Made by a program: the position numbers and the translations under genes. The notes below the pieces were generated by a model. That model searched no databases and was not told the origin of the DNA. It saw only the letters and a list, made by a program, of their open reading frames with translations. A DNA stretch of 29,594 nucleotides from Chloroflexia bacterium (lineage in GTDB: Bacteria; Chloroflexota; Chloroflexia; QHBQ01). The stretch is from the NCBI GenBank assembly GCA_038239995.1, contig JBBSEE010000001.1:1-29594 (forward strand). The letters run 5' to 3'. Positions 15,881 to 23,839 of the stretch are shown here, one piece after another. How positions within the stretch are numbered: position 1 is the first letter of the stretch; each line of letters starts with the position of its first letter.

Positions 15881-17407
15881 ATGAAACGTCTTGCGATGCT
15901 TTACCTGTTGTCATGCCTACTAGTAGTCATGACAATAAATAATAACCTTCAAAATAAGCCCGCAAAGGCTTCAACACTTCCTCATATTAGCACGAAAGGG
16001 TTTTATCAAGGTGTGGACGCAACACCTACATCTACCCCCCGCTTCATACTAAGTTACCCACTTGCCGACCCTATGCAGTATGGCTCCTACGTGGACCATT
16101 ACAATCCTAACGGCTTCTATCCCATACCAACTGACGGCATAGTAGAGCCTTATACAGGTGAAATCGCCAATAAAAACTATCTCGCTCCCGGTTGTGCCTA
16201 TACTGCCCCGGGACGCAGCGATCCATATCCGACCCCAGTAATCGCTGCCACACCACAGGGACGAGGCTATTACTGTTATGAGGGACACTCAGCACTGGAC
16301 CTCAATGCTGATGAAGGTACGTCCGTGTATGCAGCGAGTCGAGGTAGAGTAGTTGCAATGTCCACCATAGCACCACTACCCACCCCTCGGCCAAGGGGAT
16401 ACGGTAATAGAGTTATCGTTCAGGACTCAACGAACGGCTCCTTTACTCTGTATGCCCATCTCTCAACACCAGAAGTTGCGGTAGGTGCTTATGTGAGTCG
16501 CGGGCAGGAAATAGGGAAGAGTGGCTGGACTGGACTTGCTACTCCTAGTGATGCACATCTACACTTTGGCCTCTATGCTAGCACATATCCGCCGGGTGCT
16601 GATTATGCACCGAATGTACTTGACCCATACGGATGGTATGGTAGTGGCACCGACCCACTTGGTTCTTCTTATCCTCAATATAAATGGGCCAGTGGCTATG
16701 CGCCTACGAATGTCACCACCGACCCAATAAACTGGAACGAGGGTACGCTCATTGGCAACACTTATAAGGACAAGAACCGCATCGCTGGTACTGCCCACGC
16801 AGTAGGAGTAGGGGTTCATGCCGATACCAATAACGAGATTGATACGTGGTGGAGCGACAACTACGGCTCGGCGGGGGTGCCATTGAGCGATGTAACTGCT
16901 GGTAGCGGTGGATATTACTATCAGGACTTTGAGGGGGGACGCTATACCACCAACTTTGCGGGCAGCCACAGCTACACTCCCTACGACCCCGGCAGTGGGG
17001 CGTTCAATGATACCCCCATTACCTACTGGGCACAGCGATACATTGGTTGGCTCAGGCGCGAGAACATCACGCACGGCTACGTGGGCAGTCAATGCACCGC
17101 GCACGGAGTAGCTAGCCCCTGCTATCTGCCCGACCAGCCCATTCGCCGTGACGAGTTCGCTCATATGCTCCGTGCTGGCTTTGGTTTGCCTACCCACATC
17201 CCTGACACATCAACTTATTGCGACGTACAACCATTCCCCAGCGACCCGTATTACAACATCTTCTACGTGGACATTGAATCACTATACAACTTGAATATAA
17301 TGAAAGGGGAGGTAGGGGCGTACTGCAACGACCCCGGTGATTCCCGACCAATATTTTCATCCCACACGCAACATCAGCAGACAAGAAGTAAGCCGCGCTA
17401 TTATTAA
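15881..17407 (+). CDS. Secreted M23 peptidase + LGFP-like repeat + SLH domains; main ORF ends early after a frameshift near 17336
   Basis: Signal peptide MKRLAMLYLLSCLLVV with GGGAGG SD; HSALD (HxxxD), YAHLS, HLHFG (HxH); AGVPLSD...YQDFEGG; FNDTP...YLPDQPIRRDEF SLH-like unit. Confidence 0.82.
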   Translation: MKRLAMLYLLSCLLVVMTINNNLQNKPAKASTLPHISTKGFYQGVDATPTSTPRFILSYPLADPMQYGSYVDHYNPNGFYPIPTDGIVEPYTGEIANKNYLAPGCAYTAPGRSDPYPTPVIAATPQGRGYYCYEGHSALDLNADEGTSVYAASRGRVVAMSTIAPLPTPRPRGYGNRVIVQDSTNGSFTLYAHLSTPEVAVGAYVSRGQEIGKSGWTGLATPSDAHLHFGLYASTYPPGADYAPNVLDPYGWYGSGTDPLGSSYPQYKWASGYAPTNVTTDPINWNEGTLIGNTYKDKNRIAGTAHAVGVGVHADTNNEIDTWWSDNYGSAGVPLSDVTAGSGGYYYQDFEGGRYTTNFAGSHSYTPYDPGSGAFNDTPITYWAQRYIGWLRRENITHGYVGSQCTAHGVASPCYLPDQPIRRDEFAHMLRAGFGLPTHIPDTSTYCDVQPFPSDPYYNIFYVDIESLYNLNIMKGEVGAYCNDPGDSRPIFSSHTQHQQTRSKPRYY

Positions 17408-17690
17408 ACTAGGCGCACAAGAAGGATGGCTGCCCGATGCCAGCATCTACGGTTTCAACATCGTAGGCGGACCAGACTACAGCGATGTGCCAGTGCCGAA
17501 CCCAGTAGGTACGCCTATCCCCGGCTCGGCCTTCTATGGATATATCGAGACCATGTATAATCAGGGCATCATCCACTTCCGTAGCGCAAGAGCCTACAAA
17601 CCGGGTTTGGCGGCGACCCGAGGACAGATTACCTACTTCTTCCACGAACTGGTCTACGCCCCCAGCCCCCGCTACTTCCCCGACCCCTAA
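17337..17690 (+). pseudogene. Out-of-frame C-terminal SLH portion of the M23 protein
   Basis: The +1 frame gives FHPTRNISRQEVSRAI and YSDVP...YIETMYNQGII...YKPGLAATRGQ, completing the second and third SLH-like units. Confidence 0.75.
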
Positions 17691-18899
17691 TCGCCCCTGC
17701 TTAATCCGCGCCACCCTTGCCGACCGCTGGGCTGCATCCGCCTCGCGGTCGGCCACTTGGTAGTCGGCAAGGAAGGCGGCCTTGTACGTGGTGAACTCGC
17801 CATTGATCACCGCAGTGCGTATCTGGCGGGCAAGGTTGACCATGAAGTGGACGTTGTGGATAGTGTTGAGCCGGTAGGCAAGCAACTCCTCGGCGCGGTA
17901 CAGGTGGTTGAGGTAGGCAAGGGAGAAGTTGCGGCAGGTGTAGCAAGCGCAGCCCGCTTCGATAGGCGCATCCACGCGGGAGTAGCGGGTACTCTTGATT
18001 GGCAGGCGGCCCTGTCGGGTGAGCAATGCGCCATTGCGGGCGAGGCGGGTGGGCAACACGCAGTCGAACATATCAATCCCCCGCGCGACGCACTCAAACA
18101 AGTCTTCGGGGCTGCCCACCACCATCAAGTAGCGGGGCTTGGCGGCGGGGAGCAGCGGGGTGGTATGCTCCAGCACGCGGTGCATATCCGCTTTGCTCTC
18201 CCCCACGCTGAGGCCGCCTACCGCGTAGCCGGGCAAGTCGAGGGCGACCAACGCCCTCGCCGAGTCGGCCCGCAGGTCGAGGAAGGTGGCCCCCTGCACG
18301 ATGCCGAACAGCATCGGGGCGGGGTTGGGCCAGTCGCCCCGCTGCGCCCGCAATTCCGCGAAGGCGGCCTTGCATTCCGCCGCCCAGCGATGGGTGCGAC
18401 GTAGGGCGGCCACGTTGTAGGCGTGGTCGGAGTCGCCGGGGGTACACTCGTCGAGGGTCATGATCATGTCCGCGCCGAGCAGCAGTTCGGTCTGCATCAC
18501 GCTGGCGGGGGTGAAGGTGTGGCGGCTGCCGTCGAGGTGGCTGCTGAAGATGACCCCCTCGTCGGTCAGCTTGCGGCGGTGGGCGAGGCTGAACACTTGG
18601 AAGCCACCGCTGTCGGTCAATATCGGACCATCCCAACGCATGAAGCGATGCAGCCCCCCCAGCGCGGCGATAGTGTCGGCACCGGGGCGGAGATAGAGGT
18701 GGTAGGTGTTGGCGAGGATAATCTGGGCACCGAGTTCGCGCAGGTCGTCGGGGGCAAGGGCCTTGACCGTCGCCTGCGTGCCCACTGGCATGAACACCGG
18801 GGTCTCCACTGGCCCATGCGCGGTCCCCAGCGTCCCCCAACGGGCGAGGCTGCCGCTGCTATCCGTCCCTTGTAGGGTAAAACCAATATCATCGTTCAT
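17409..18899 (-). CDS. tgt: tRNA-guanine(34) transglycosylase (queuine tRNA-ribosyltransferase) with an abnormal C-terminal read-through
   Basis: FMPVGTQ, NTYHL, TDSGGFQVFSL, LDEC, GGLSVGE, DMFDCVLPTR, CACYTC...H zinc site. Homology appears to end near 17700. Confidence 0.95.
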   Translation of the reverse strand: MNDDIGFTLQGTDSSGSLARWGTLGTAHGPVETPVFMPVGTQATVKALAPDDLRELGAQIILANTYHLYLRPGADTIAALGGLHRFMRWDGPILTDSGGFQVFSLAHRRKLTDEGVIFSSHLDGSRHTFTPASVMQTELLLGADMIMTLDECTPGDSDHAYNVAALRRTHRWAAECKAAFAELRAQRGDWPNPAPMLFGIVQGATFLDLRADSARALVALDLPGYAVGGLSVGESKADMHRVLEHTTPLLPAAKPRYLMVVGSPEDLFECVARGIDMFDCVLPTRLARNGALLTRQGRLPIKSTRYSRVDAPIEAGCACYTCRNFSLAYLNHLYRAEELLAYRLNTIHNVHFMVNLARQIRTAVINGEFTTYKAAFLADYQVADREADAAQRSARVARIKQGRLGVGEVAGAGGVDQFVEEVGNLSSGRRQTRFVGSCATEVDDALIIHGLDISIEGRAGDRRTYWVRHWHIAVVWSAYDVETVDAGIGQPSFLCA

Positions 18900-18914
18900 C
18901 GGCTTTAATCGCGT

Positions 18915-18996
18915 AGGAGTTACGCAGTTGGACAGGGCGGATGCGATTCGCCCCTACGTCAACCGGCATAATTCCAGATGCAACTGCGTAACTCCT
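18915..18996 (-). mobile_element. MITE family A copy 3, perfect 16-bp TIRs and 7-bp flanking direct repeat ATCGCGT
   Basis: ATCGCGT at 18908-18914 and 18997-19003. TIRs at 18915-18930 and 18981-18996. REP at 18933-18957. Confidence 0.85.
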
Positions 18997-19014
18997 ATCG
19001 CGTAAAATGACGAA

Positions 19015-19041
19015 CAGCCCCCGAAACCTCTGCGGGGGCTG
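19015..19041 (-). terminator. Probable intrinsic terminator of the cold-shock gene
   Basis: 9-bp stem CAGCCCCCG/CGGGGGCTG, followed on - by TTCGTCATTTT. Confidence 0.55.
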
Positions 19042-19097
19042 CTGACTGGCCTTGCGGCCATATAGGGGCGAAGGGGTTAGCTGCCCCTGTTGGTGGC

Positions 19098-19340
19098 TTA
19101 GTAGCTGTCCTGATAGCCGTTGCTCTGGGGAGCAACGCCCACGGGAGTGACGTTGACCGCCTGCTGGCCCTTAGGACCCTGCACTAGCTCGAACTCTACC
19201 GCTTGGCCCTCAGCGAGGGTCTTGAACCCGTTGCCTTGAATGGCCGAGTAGTGAACGAACACGTCGTTGCCGTTCGGCTGGCTGATGAAGCCGTAGCCCT
19301 TAGCATCGTTGAACCACTTAACTGTACCTGTAATCCGCAT
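19098..19340 (-). CDS. csp: Cold-shock domain protein (CspA family)
   Basis: [15 protein letters not shown] (RNP1), DVFVHYSAI (RNP2), GPKG. Confidence 0.96.
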   Translation of the reverse strand: MRITGTVKWFNDAKGYGFISQPNGNDVFVHYSAIQGNGFKTLAEGQAVEFELVQGPKGQQAVNVTPVGVAPQSNGYQDSY

Positions 19341-19602
19341 TGGTAATGCCTTTTCCTTTCATAACAATAGAAACGGTCTACATCTGCCGCAAGCAGGCGA
19401 TGCGAGGCATCGGGGTGCGGTAGACCGGATTGACACGCGGTGGTGCGCCATGCTTTTGGGGGCGGGGGTACCAGTGTCTTACGGGCTTTGCGGCAGCAAA
19501 GCGAGCAAATCGCAGTGGGCTAACGGGGCGGTACGATGGGGTTTTGTTTGGTTCCCAACAACTTGCCTTACCCAAATCTACAATCTTACTGCTTCAGGGG
19601 TA

Positions 19603-19631
19603 AGTATACGTTATGTCTTGCGATTTGTCAA
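19603..19631 (-). promoter_or_regulatory. Near-consensus sigma70 promoter of csp: TTGACA-N17-TATACT
   Basis: On - strand, -35 at 19626-19631, -10 at 19603-19608, exact 17-nt spacer. Confidence 0.8.
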
Positions 19632-19654
19632 GAAATTGGCGGCCTATTTTGAAC

Positions 19655-20593
19655 CTACTGGCGGGGCCGCAGTGGCTTGAACCCTTGCCCCATCACCTCT
19701 TGCGCTTGGCTGATGATGACGAAGGCGGCGGGGTCGGCCTCGTGGATGAGGGCGGTCAGCACGCTCACCTCACTGGGCAGCACCACCACCAGCAGCATGG
19801 GCCGCTCCTGTCCGGTGTACGCGCCGGTGGCAGGCAGGATAGTGACACCGTGTCCGGTGCGCTCCATGATCTCCTGCGCCACCGCTTGCGGATTGGCGGT
19901 GATAATCATCGCCATGCGGGTGTAGCTCATCCCCTCTTGGATGAAGTCCACCATCCGACTGGAGGCGAAGGAGACGGTCAGGCCATACAGCACCTTCTCC
20001 AGCCCGAAGAAGTAGCCCGCGAAGGCGAACACCGCCGCGTCGAGGATGATGAAGGCGGTGCCGATGCTCAGGGGGGTGAAGCGGTTGAGTAGCCGCGCCC
20101 CAATGTCGCTGCCGCCCGTCGTCCCTTTGGCACGGAACACGATGCCGGTGCCCGCCCCGTTCAGCACCCCGCCGTAGAGGATGTAGAGCAGCGGTTCGCG
20201 CACGGTCAGGGCTTGCTCCAAGTCGGGGAACTGGTGCAAGAGGGCCGGTATCTGGTCAATCACCGCGGCGAGCAGCAGCACGGCATAGAGGGTGCGGAGC
20301 GCGAAGGAGAGGCCGCCCAGCCAGCGCAGCCCCACGATAAAGAGGGGGACATTGACCGCGAGGATGACGGTGCCAATCGGCGCACCGAGCAGGTTGTGCA
20401 GGATAATCGCTACCCCACTCGCCCCGCCCGTGACTACCTGATTGGGGGCGAGGAACAGGTCAATCCCCAGCGCAAGGATGAACACCCCCACGGTGATAAG
20501 CAGATAGTCGCGGATAACGGGCAGGGCGTTGCGCCGCATCGTGCGACTGATGCGGGTGACGGGTCCGGGGTGGGAATGGGAGGGAATGGACAA
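19655..20593 (-). CDS. YitT-family membrane protein (DUF161 + DUF2179); start uncertain (TTG 20593 or ATG 20539)
   Basis: GGASGVAII, NVPLF, GTTGGSDI, IQEG...MIIT, GVTILPATGAYTG. Confidence 0.9.
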   Translation of the reverse strand: MSIPSHSHPGPVTRISRTMRRNALPVIRDYLLITVGVFILALGIDLFLAPNQVVTGGASGVAIILHNLLGAPIGTVILAVNVPLFIVGLRWLGGLSFALRTLYAVLLLAAVIDQIPALLHQFPDLEQALTVREPLLYILYGGVLNGAGTGIVFRAKGTTGGSDIGARLLNRFTPLSIGTAFIILDAAVFAFAGYFFGLEKVLYGLTVSFASSRMVDFIQEGMSYTRMAMIITANPQAVAQEIMERTGHGVTILPATGAYTGQERPMLLVVVLPSEVSVLTALIHEADPAAFVIISQAQEVMGQGFKPLRPRQ

Positions 20594-21780
20594 GGTGGTA
20601 ACTTACCTTCCTCAAGCGAAATCCTAATTTCTTCCCGCACCCGTTCGTCCTGCTCCACTGCCAGCCGCTGCTGCAAGGCAGTAGTGGCCGCATCCCCGCC
20701 AATGCGCCCCAATGCCCATGCCACGTGTTCGCGCACGAGGGGCGAAGGGTCGGCGAGGGCGGTAATGAGCGCGGGGACAGCAGCGGGGTCGCCGATATTA
20801 CCGAGCGCGATGGCGACATTGCGGAGCAAGCCGTCCCGCTTCGCCCGCCGCAGCGGGGTGCCGCGAAATCGGGCGCGGAAACCCTCATCATCGAGCGCGA
20901 GCAGGGGGATGAGTTCGGGGCTAGGGCCAATCCCCCCCCGCCATTCGGTATGACCGCGCCCCGCTTCAGGCAGGCGGGTGGCGACGCGGGCGTTGTGCGG
21001 GCAAACGTCTTGGCAGATGTCGCAACCAAAGATGTTATCACCCATCTGCGGACGCAACTCGCGCGGTATCGGCCCCCGCTCTTCGATGGTCAGATAGCTG
21101 ATGCAACGCTTGGTAATCAGTTCATACGGGGCGTTAGGGTCGAGCGCGGCGGTAGGGCAGGCGTGGAGGCAGAGGTCGCAGGAGCCGCAATCGCGGGCAA
21201 TCGGCTGGTCGTAGGCGAGGGCTACGGGCAAGAGTATCTCGCCGAGCAGCACCCAGCTACCGTAGCGGCGGGTAAGGATGTTGGTGTTCTTGCCGTACCA
21301 GCCCAGTCCCGCCTGTTCTGCCGCGGCGCGGTCGGCGATGCGGGCGGTGTCCACCAGCAGGCGGGCCTCATCGCTGCCAGTGTGAGCGACCAGCGCGGCG
21401 CGGATTTGCGCGAGCAGGGCGGCCATCTTCTGCTTGAACACCTCATGATAGTCGCGAGCAGTGGCGTACTTGGCAACCCGTCCGCGCGGCATCCCCGGCT
21501 GACTAACCACGCTCGGCTCATCGGTGAGATAGCAGAGGCCGACGCTGACCACCGATTTCGCCGCGGCCATCAGGTTGCGGGGGTCGGCGGCGATTTGGGC
21601 GCGTTCCGCGGTGAACCAATCCAGCCCATCGAGCAGGCCGCGCTCCACCGCCGCCCCCAGCCGCTCCGCCGCGTGGGGGAAGGGCTGGGCGGCAGCCACG
21701 CCCACGAGGTCGAAACCCGCCGCATAAGCCGCCTGCTTGATGCTCTCAGTAAGCTGCTCGACTGTGTTATATTCTATCAT
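20434..21780 (-). CDS. queG: tRNA epoxyqueuosine(34) reductase with HEAT-like tail; ORF reads about 160 nt into yitT
   Basis: RDYH, VDT...DR, AGLGWYGKN, CGSCDLCLHACP, RCISYLTIE, FGCDICQDVCP (eight Cys), RNVAIALGN. Confidence 0.94.
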   Translation of the reverse strand: MIEYNTVEQLTESIKQAAYAAGFDLVGVAAAQPFPHAAERLGAAVERGLLDGLDWFTAERAQIAADPRNLMAAAKSVVSVGLCYLTDEPSVVSQPGMPRGRVAKYATARDYHEVFKQKMAALLAQIRAALVAHTGSDEARLLVDTARIADRAAAEQAGLGWYGKNTNILTRRYGSWVLLGEILLPVALAYDQPIARDCGSCDLCLHACPTAALDPNAPYELITKRCISYLTIEERGPIPRELRPQMGDNIFGCDICQDVCPHNARVATRLPEAGRGHTEWRGGIGPSPELIPLLALDDEGFRARFRGTPLRRAKRDGLLRNVAIALGNIGDPAAVPALITALADPSPLVREHVAWALGRIGGDAATTALQQRLAVEQDERVREEIRISLEEGKLPPCPFPPIPTPDPSPASVARCGATPCPLSATICLSPWGCSSLRWGLTCSSPPIR

Positions 21781-21833
21781 CGTTTGGTGTGGGGATTAGG
21801 GATAAGCAAGGCGAACGTGGATGCGCTTCAGCC

Positions 21834-21856
21834 GGGAGCGTGCAACCCGCCCCTAC
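21834..21856 (-). repeat. GTAG REP (one of a direct pair flanking MITE C)
   Basis: gtaggggcgggttgcacgctccc with tail ggctgaagcgcatc. Confidence 0.7.
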
Positions 21857-21859
21857 GGC

Positions 21860-22069
21860 ACCTAAGTTTCGTACCAACGAAAAATAAGAGAAAACTCGCG
21901 GGTGTCTGGGGGGTTGACGCCCAGCGGGTGATGGGGCGCACGCCAGTCGTAAGCTAATCCCCTGACCGCGCCCGCGCTCCGAGGAGCATATCGGCGGGTC
22001 AGCTTCTGGGGGTCAACCCCCCAGACCCCCGCGCCTCTCCCTTGCTATGCGGTTGTACGAAACTTAGGT
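21860..22069. mobile_element. MITE-like family C, 210 bp, perfect 15-bp TIRs plus nested 22-bp inverted repeat
   Basis: ACCTAAGTTTCGTAC at 21860-21874 and its complement at 22055-22069. Inner IR 21897-21918 / 22012-22033 with one mismatch. Confidence 0.7.
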
Positions 22070-22111
22070 ACGTCATGGTTGGCGGTTGCGATGGGCATTA
22101 GCGTGACAATT

Positions 22112-22134
22112 GGGCGAGTGCAACCCGCCCCTAC
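22112..22134 (-). repeat. GTAG REP
   Basis: gtaggggcgggttgcactcgccc. Confidence 0.7.
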
Positions 22135-22149
22135 ATCCGCCATTCGCCG

Positions 22150-22229
22150 TTTACCATTTACCTTTACCATTCATCACTCATCACTCATCACTCATCACTA
22201 ACTCAAACCTCAAACCTCAAACCTCAAAC
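22150..22229. repeat. Compound heptamer array: TTTACCA-like x3, (TCATCAC)4, (CTCAAAC)4, directly after the ALDH stop
   Basis: Units at 22171-22198 and 22202-22229. Stop TAA at 22231-22233. Confidence 0.85.
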
Positions 22230-22230
22230 C

Positions 22231-23724
22231 TTACTTGCGCTTGTACAGTAGGTTCATCATCGCGCGAAGCAGGCGGGGGGTGCGCTTGTTGTAGGGGAAC
22301 CAGTAGACCTCTGAGCCGAGGCCGAAGCGGTCAATCACGATGGACTGGGGGCGAGTGTAGCGGCGTAGGCTCTCCGCCCCGCCGTGTCGGTAGCCAATGC
22401 CGCTATCCTTGATGCCGCCAAAGGGTATCTCCGGCGCAATGTAGTGGACCACCACCTCGTTGATGAGGGTGGAGCCAGCTTCGATGCGGCGGGCAAGACG
22501 TTCACCGCGCTGCTTGTCCCGCGTCCACAACGAACTGCTCAGGCCGAAGCGCGAGGCGTTGGCGAGCCGTATCGCCTCCTCTGCGTTCTGCACCTTAATC
22601 ACCGGCAGGATGGGGCCAAAAGTCTCCTCCTGCATCAGTAGCATATCGTCGTTCACCTCGGTCAGCACGGTGGGGGCATAGAACCAGCCGGGGCCAGCTA
22701 GCCGCTTGCCGCCGGTCAGCACCTTCGCCCCCTTCGCCACCGCATCGTCCACTTGCTGCTCGACGATGTGCAACTGCCGCTCCATGGTCATGGGGCCGAT
22801 GTCCACGTTGTGCTTGCCGTCGGGGTCGCTGCCCACCCGCAGCTTGTCCACCTTCGTGACCAAACGTTGCACGAACTCATCGTAAATCGGGGCTTCGACG
22901 TAGACGCGCTCCACCGCGATGCACACCTGCCCCGCGTTCACCATCCCGCCGTACACCGCGCCATTGACCGCGCGTTCGAGGTTGGCATCCTTCAGCACAA
23001 TCATGGGGTCTTTGCCGCCTAGCTCCAGCAGCAGCGGGGTAAGGGTCTGGGCTGCCCGCATCGCCACCTTCTTGCCGGTGGGCACACTGCCGGTGAAGGC
23101 AATCATATCCGCCGCGTCAATCAGGGCCGCGCCGGTATCGCCCATGCCCGTCACCACTTGCAGCACATCTTCGGGGAAACCGGCCCGCCGCGCCCAGTCG
23201 GCCAGCAGCAGCGCGGTCATCGGGGTATACTCGGACGGCTTGATAATCACCGCGTTACCGGCGAACAGCGCGGGGATGGCATCACCGGCGGTGAGGATGA
23301 GCGGGAAGTTCCAAGGCGAGATCACCCCCACCACCCCGACCGGATGGTGGGCGACCACCGCCCGCTTGGTCATCATCAAGTGCAGGCGCACCTTGTCGTC
23401 GGCGAGGAACTTGTGGGCGTGCTTGGCATAGTAGGTGATGATGTCGGCAAGGTAGATTAGCTCGAAGGCGGCCTCGATACGGGGCTTGCCGTTCTCTGCC
23501 ACGATGGTCTCAATCATCTCCTCTTGCCGTTCCATGGCGATGCGGCGGAAGTTCCGCAGCAGCTTGACCCGCCCCTCCACGCCGAGGGCCTGCCACTGCT
23601 GCTGGGCAAGGCGGGCGCAACGTACCGCCTCTGCCACCTCTGCCGCCGACATGATTGGCAAGCTGGTAATCACGTCGCCGTTCGCCGGGTTCGTCACCTC
23701 AAAGGTGGTCGGCTGCTTCATCAT
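22231..23724 (-). CDS. Aldehyde dehydrogenase family protein
   Basis: SPWNFP, KPSE, FTGS, LELGGKD (catalytic Glu), GQVC (catalytic Cys), EETFGP, PFGGIKDSG. AAGGA SD before ATG 23724. Confidence 0.95.
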   Translation of the reverse strand: MMKQPTTFEVTNPANGDVITSLPIMSAAEVAEAVRCARLAQQQWQALGVEGRVKLLRNFRRIAMERQEEMIETIVAENGKPRIEAAFELIYLADIITYYAKHAHKFLADDKVRLHLMMTKRAVVAHHPVGVVGVISPWNFPLILTAGDAIPALFAGNAVIIKPSEYTPMTALLLADWARRAGFPEDVLQVVTGMGDTGAALIDAADMIAFTGSVPTGKKVAMRAAQTLTPLLLELGGKDPMIVLKDANLERAVNGAVYGGMVNAGQVCIAVERVYVEAPIYDEFVQRLVTKVDKLRVGSDPDGKHNVDIGPMTMERQLHIVEQQVDDAVAKGAKVLTGGKRLAGPGWFYAPTVLTEVNDDMLLMQEETFGPILPVIKVQNAEEAIRLANASRFGLSSSLWTRDKQRGERLARRIEAGSTLINEVVVHYIAPEIPFGGIKDSGIGYRHGGAESLRRYTRPQSIVIDRFGLGSEVYWFPYNKRTPRLLRAMMNLLYKRK

Positions 23725-23772
23725 GGAACACATCCTTTATCGCTAGTGAGATATAAGTTGGGGTTTAGGTCT

Positions 23773-23781
23773 ATTATACCA
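23773..23781 (-). promoter_or_regulatory. Extended -10 TGGTATAAT for the ALDH gene
   Basis: TGnTATAAT about 50 nt upstream of the start. Confidence 0.6.
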
Positions 23782-23788
23782 CAGCGAA

Positions 23789-23816
23789 GGGGCAAGCAGC
23801 TTGCGCCGCCTGCCCC
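23789..23816 (-). terminator. GC-rich hairpin with GCAA loop after the parvulin gene
   Basis: GGGGCAGGCGGC-GCAA-GCTGCTTGCCCC, 12 pairs including G-U; weak U-tract. Confidence 0.5.
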
Positions 23817-23839
23817 GCTTATAACTTATGCCTCGTGGT

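Noticed and set aside
17312-17320. GTAGGGGCG as another REP
   Set aside because: Lies in coding sequence (VGA) and has no downstream complementary arm.
20725-21957. 410-aa + strand ORF
   Set aside because: Antisense shadow of queG in GC-rich DNA; no recognisable motifs.
21781-22230. preQ1 or cobalamin riboswitch upstream of queG
   Set aside because: I could not find the preQ1-I stem with A-rich tail or the B12-box elements; the structure is explained by REP/MITE repeats. A covariance-model scan would settle it.
22231-23724. Specific substrate call for the ALDH (carotenoid-dialdehyde or succinate-semialdehyde type)
   Set aside because: Only generic ALDH motifs are readable and no pathway genes are adjacent; needs a subfamily profile search.
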